A stretch of 64,000 nucleotides of DNA from an uncultured Clostridia bacterium (GTDB taxonomy: Bacteria; Bacillota; Clostridia; Oscillospirales; Ruminococcaceae): assembly GCA_944387885.1 (NCBI GenBank), contig CALXGR010000005.1:1149-65148 (forward strand). Direction: 5' to 3'. Positions 63,147 to 64,000 of this stretch are shown here, in pieces. The notes beneath the pieces are model-generated. The model did not search any database. It was not told the DNA's origin and saw only the letters and a program-made list of their open reading frames with translations. Positions within the stretch are counted from its first letter, which is position 1, and the number at the start of each line of letters is the position of its first letter. A program made the position numbers and the translations under genes.

Positions 63147-63147
63147 T

Positions 63148-63196
63148 AAAAAAAGACGGGAACACCCGGAAAGATGTTCCCGTCTTTTTATTTTTT
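63148..63196. terminator. bidirectional terminator
   Basis: AAGACGGGAACA/TGTTCCCGTCTT stem with an A-run before it and TTTTTATTTTTT after it. Confidence 0.85.
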
Positions 63197-63217
63197 GCAG
63201 TATTTGAAACGGACCGA

Positions 63218-63673
63218 TTACAGGCCGTTCTCCTCCACGCAGACCAGACCGTCCTCCTTGACAGTGATGGTCATGCCGTCCCGGACATAGCCAAGGAACT
63301 CTTCTCCCAGGCAGTCCACTACCGGCATCTGGATATCCTCCAGCCAGACAGCGGCCAGCACCGATCCGGCGGCGGCCAGAGAGTCGATGGGGTTGGAGAA
63401 AAGCAGGCAGGCGGGCTGCCGGTTCATGGAGCAGGCGCAGTAGAGTACCAGCCCCCCGGTGGTAGAGCCGATGGTCTGGGGCAGGCAGAGGGCCTTTCCC
63501 GCCATGGGCTTACCGTAAAGGTCAGGGTTATTCTGATCCCCGCAGGTGGCGTTTTTGTCTCCGAACTGGAGCGCCTTCTGGAAGGAGGCCAGGGTGTTCA
63601 GTCCCCCGTGGGAGACAAGAGCAGGTGCGCTCACGGTACCGGGAGCCACCACACGTCCTTTGAATTCTTTCAT
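63218..63673 (-). CDS. aconitase X swivel-domain protein (DUF126, AcnX small subunit)
   Basis: 151 aa. GRVVAPGTVSAPALVSHGGLNTLASF...GKALCLPQTIGSTTGGLVL is the DUF126 pattern. The start overlaps the upstream gene stop. Confidence 0.75.
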   Translation of the reverse strand: MKEFKGRVVAPGTVSAPALVSHGGLNTLASFQKALQFGDKNATCGDQNNPDLYGKPMAGKALCLPQTIGSTTGGLVLYCACSMNRQPACLLFSNPIDSLAAAGSVLAAVWLEDIQMPVVDCLGEEFLGYVRDGMTITVKEDGLVCVEENGL

Positions 63674-64000
63674 TTCCGGGCTTCTCCTTTCGTGATCTTT
63701 TCCAGAATCTCCGCCTCGGTGTAGTACCGGGCGGTGGTGTAGGTGCGCAGCTTGTTGGAGCAGGTAATCACCGGCATAGGCCCGCAGAGGGGGTTATTCA
63801 TGTACATAAGGGGGCAGATGCAGGAGAGAATGACCCCAGTAGCGGCCAGCCGTTTCCCGTACTCGGTGGCTTCAAAAGCCTTTTTCACTCCGGGAGCGGT
63901 GGTAAATACAGTGGGCACACAGACCTTTTTCCGTCCGGCGGCTTTCAGGCTTTCCTCCAGACGAAGGGTCCAGTCTTCCAGCTGCTGCAGACTGAGATGG
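63670..64000 (-). CDS. aconitase X catalytic-domain protein (DUF521, AcnX large subunit), C-terminal fragment; the 5' end is beyond the window
   Basis: The frame stays open to the window edge (...LSLQQLEDWTLRLEESLKAAGRKKVCVPTVFTTAPGV...CICPLMYMN...SNKLRTYT). It is paired with DUF126 as in known AcnX operons. Confidence 0.65.
   Translation of the reverse strand, partial: HLSLQQLEDWTLRLEESLKAAGRKKVCVPTVFTTAPGVKKAFEATEYGKRLAATGVILSCICPLMYMNNPLCGPMPVITCSNKLRTYTTARYYTEAEILEKITKGEARK

Noticed and set aside
1-64000. Looked for CRISPR arrays, IS elements, transposases, integrases, prophage genes, rRNA and toxin-antitoxin pairs.
   Set aside because: I saw no regularly spaced direct repeats and no DDE/tyrosine/serine recombinase motifs in any long ORF. 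I also saw no rRNA-like sequence and no small two-gene cassettes. The only repeats are the tRNA-Leu-associated fragments and the 16-mer reported above.

Overview
64 kb chromosomal segment of a fairly GC-rich Gram-positive genome of the Clostridia type. The taxon is inference from gene content only: SpoVB-like flippase, TepA next to FtsK/SpoIIIE, Rex, a T-box leader, lipobox lipoproteins, and a pectin-utilisation cluster typical of gut Oscillospiraceae-like bacteria. Coding density is high. I support 61 CDS (two truncated at the window edges), one tRNA-Leu(CAG), one canonical T-box leader, and a set of intrinsic terminators and sigma-A-like promoters. Gene blocks in order: (1) metF (partial), ftsK, tepA, rex, tdk. 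(2) Pectin/oligogalacturonide cluster: sugar ABC binding protein plus 2 permeases, an AraC regulator, and GH28, GH105 and CE8, all without signal peptides. (3) yccF, tRNA-Leu, spoVB-like, mrp, mscL, gltBD. (4) YtrA-type GntR plus an ABC exporter. (5) potABCD. (6) A roughly 15 kb Wzx/Wzy-type polysaccharide locus running from the priming transferase to a WecE-like aminotransferase. (7) cca, GNAT. (8) A T-box-controlled BASS-family transporter. (9) A six-gene WYL-regulator operon. (10) An ECF sigma / membrane protein / ABC operon with two divergent paralogous lipoproteins. (11) A Nudix, Macro-HTH, vWA and small membrane protein cluster. (12) An aconitase-X pair (partial). I saw no CRISPR array, transposase, integrase, rRNA or recognisable defence system. 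The most interesting items are the T-box riboswitch in front of a bile-acid:sodium-symporter-family transporter, a structured SD-sequestering leader in front of potABCD, the tightly coupled WYL operon, the Macro-HTH/vWA pair with an operator-like palindrome, an AT-rich GT-C-like gene embedded in the polysaccharide locus, and tRNA-Leu 3'-end fragments next to the intact tRNA. All functional calls rest on my recognition of translated motifs. No database search was possible, and start codons were adjusted by eye from Shine-Dalgarno spacing.
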